A stretch of DNA of 64,000 bases from Antedon mediterranea (Eukaryota > Animalia > Echinodermata), in the NCBI RefSeq assembly GCF_964355755.1, contig NC_092675.1, positions 28,740,912-28,804,911 on the forward strand, given 5' to 3'. Below the pieces are notes generated by a model that was not told the origin of the DNA, ran no database searches, and was given only the letters and a program-made list of their open reading frames with translations. Position numbers and translations under genes: made by a program. Of this stretch, positions 63,367-64,000 are shown one piece after another (the stretch's first letter is position 1; each line of letters starts with the position of its first letter).

Positions 63367-64000
63367 CTAAAAGGTTAAAGGTCAAAAGTGAAATGATTAG
63401 AAAGAAAAAGTTAGAAACATAAATATACTATGTTATAAGCCTAAGTATGCTATGTATGTAGAAATCTAGTATCGGTACAAATACATAGATAAAACCAGAG
63501 TAACCATGAATTATGAGTTTGAATGCCTAATAAATTTAATATTAAATTTTGATATTGTCTACTATACTTGAATACCTAATCAGCAACTACTCAGGCTACT
63601 CTACCTAATAAACAAATTTAATTACCGTGCAATGCAACTATAAAGCCCATATCTACCTTATTACTACCTAAAATATGTAGCCTACATCAAACTGTAAAAA
63701 GAGAATTCCCAGTCTCAATGTGCCAAAATTAGTCCCCAAAAAAATTGCTCCTCATCGAAACCGCATGCTATAGATGACAAAATGTCAGCTATCACTACCA
63801 ACAAATTTACCCTACTGCTAAGAAGAGATGAAGCTTCACTTAATACAACCGGCATTCAAATACAACAACATATGTAATTCCAACATCCAAAACAAACACT
63901 TATACAATAATTATAAGACAGAATAAACAGGTTACAAATGATAAATATTGTGAATGCAAATTAATATTGAAAATTGGATAACTGGCAGGAAGACATGTTA

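Noticed and set aside
63811-63817. Possible meA-like microexon (cttag|CAGTAGG|gtaaat) upstream of the Ig2 second-half exon
   Set aside because: 7 nt does not preserve frame on its own, and the upstream exon is outside the window, so it cannot be evaluated.

Overview
AT-rich, intron-rich animal genomic DNA, probably an invertebrate deuterostome (inferred from Deu-domain SINEs, a Gmr1-type LTR element and the gene order). Three spliced genes were reconstructed by hand from GT-AG boundaries and reading frame. (1) The 5' part of a ZYG11-family Cullin-2 substrate adaptor on the minus strand (ATG 4834, runs off the left edge). (2) A complete KDM4/JMJD2 histone demethylase on the plus strand (JmjN-JmjC-PHD-PHD-Tudor-Tudor, CDS 7916-20844, 17 coding exons). 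(3) Most of a LAR-type (type IIa) receptor tyrosine phosphatase on the minus strand (Ig2 part, Ig3, 9 FN3, TM, PTP D1 and D2; stop 25815; 5' end beyond the right edge), convergent with KDM4. The introns hold a very young non-autonomous Gmr1-like Gypsy LTR element (39827-44109), about 17 copies of one Harbinger-like MITE, several tRNA-derived SINEs, a HINE/DINE-like element and several minisatellites. The most unusual observations are a 65-bp array that amplifies a KDM4 exon end and splice donor 11 times, an integrase-less LTR element whose two LTRs look identical, and a set of candidate micro-exons and cassette exons in the phosphatase ectodomain. All coordinates were counted by eye and may be off by a few bases.
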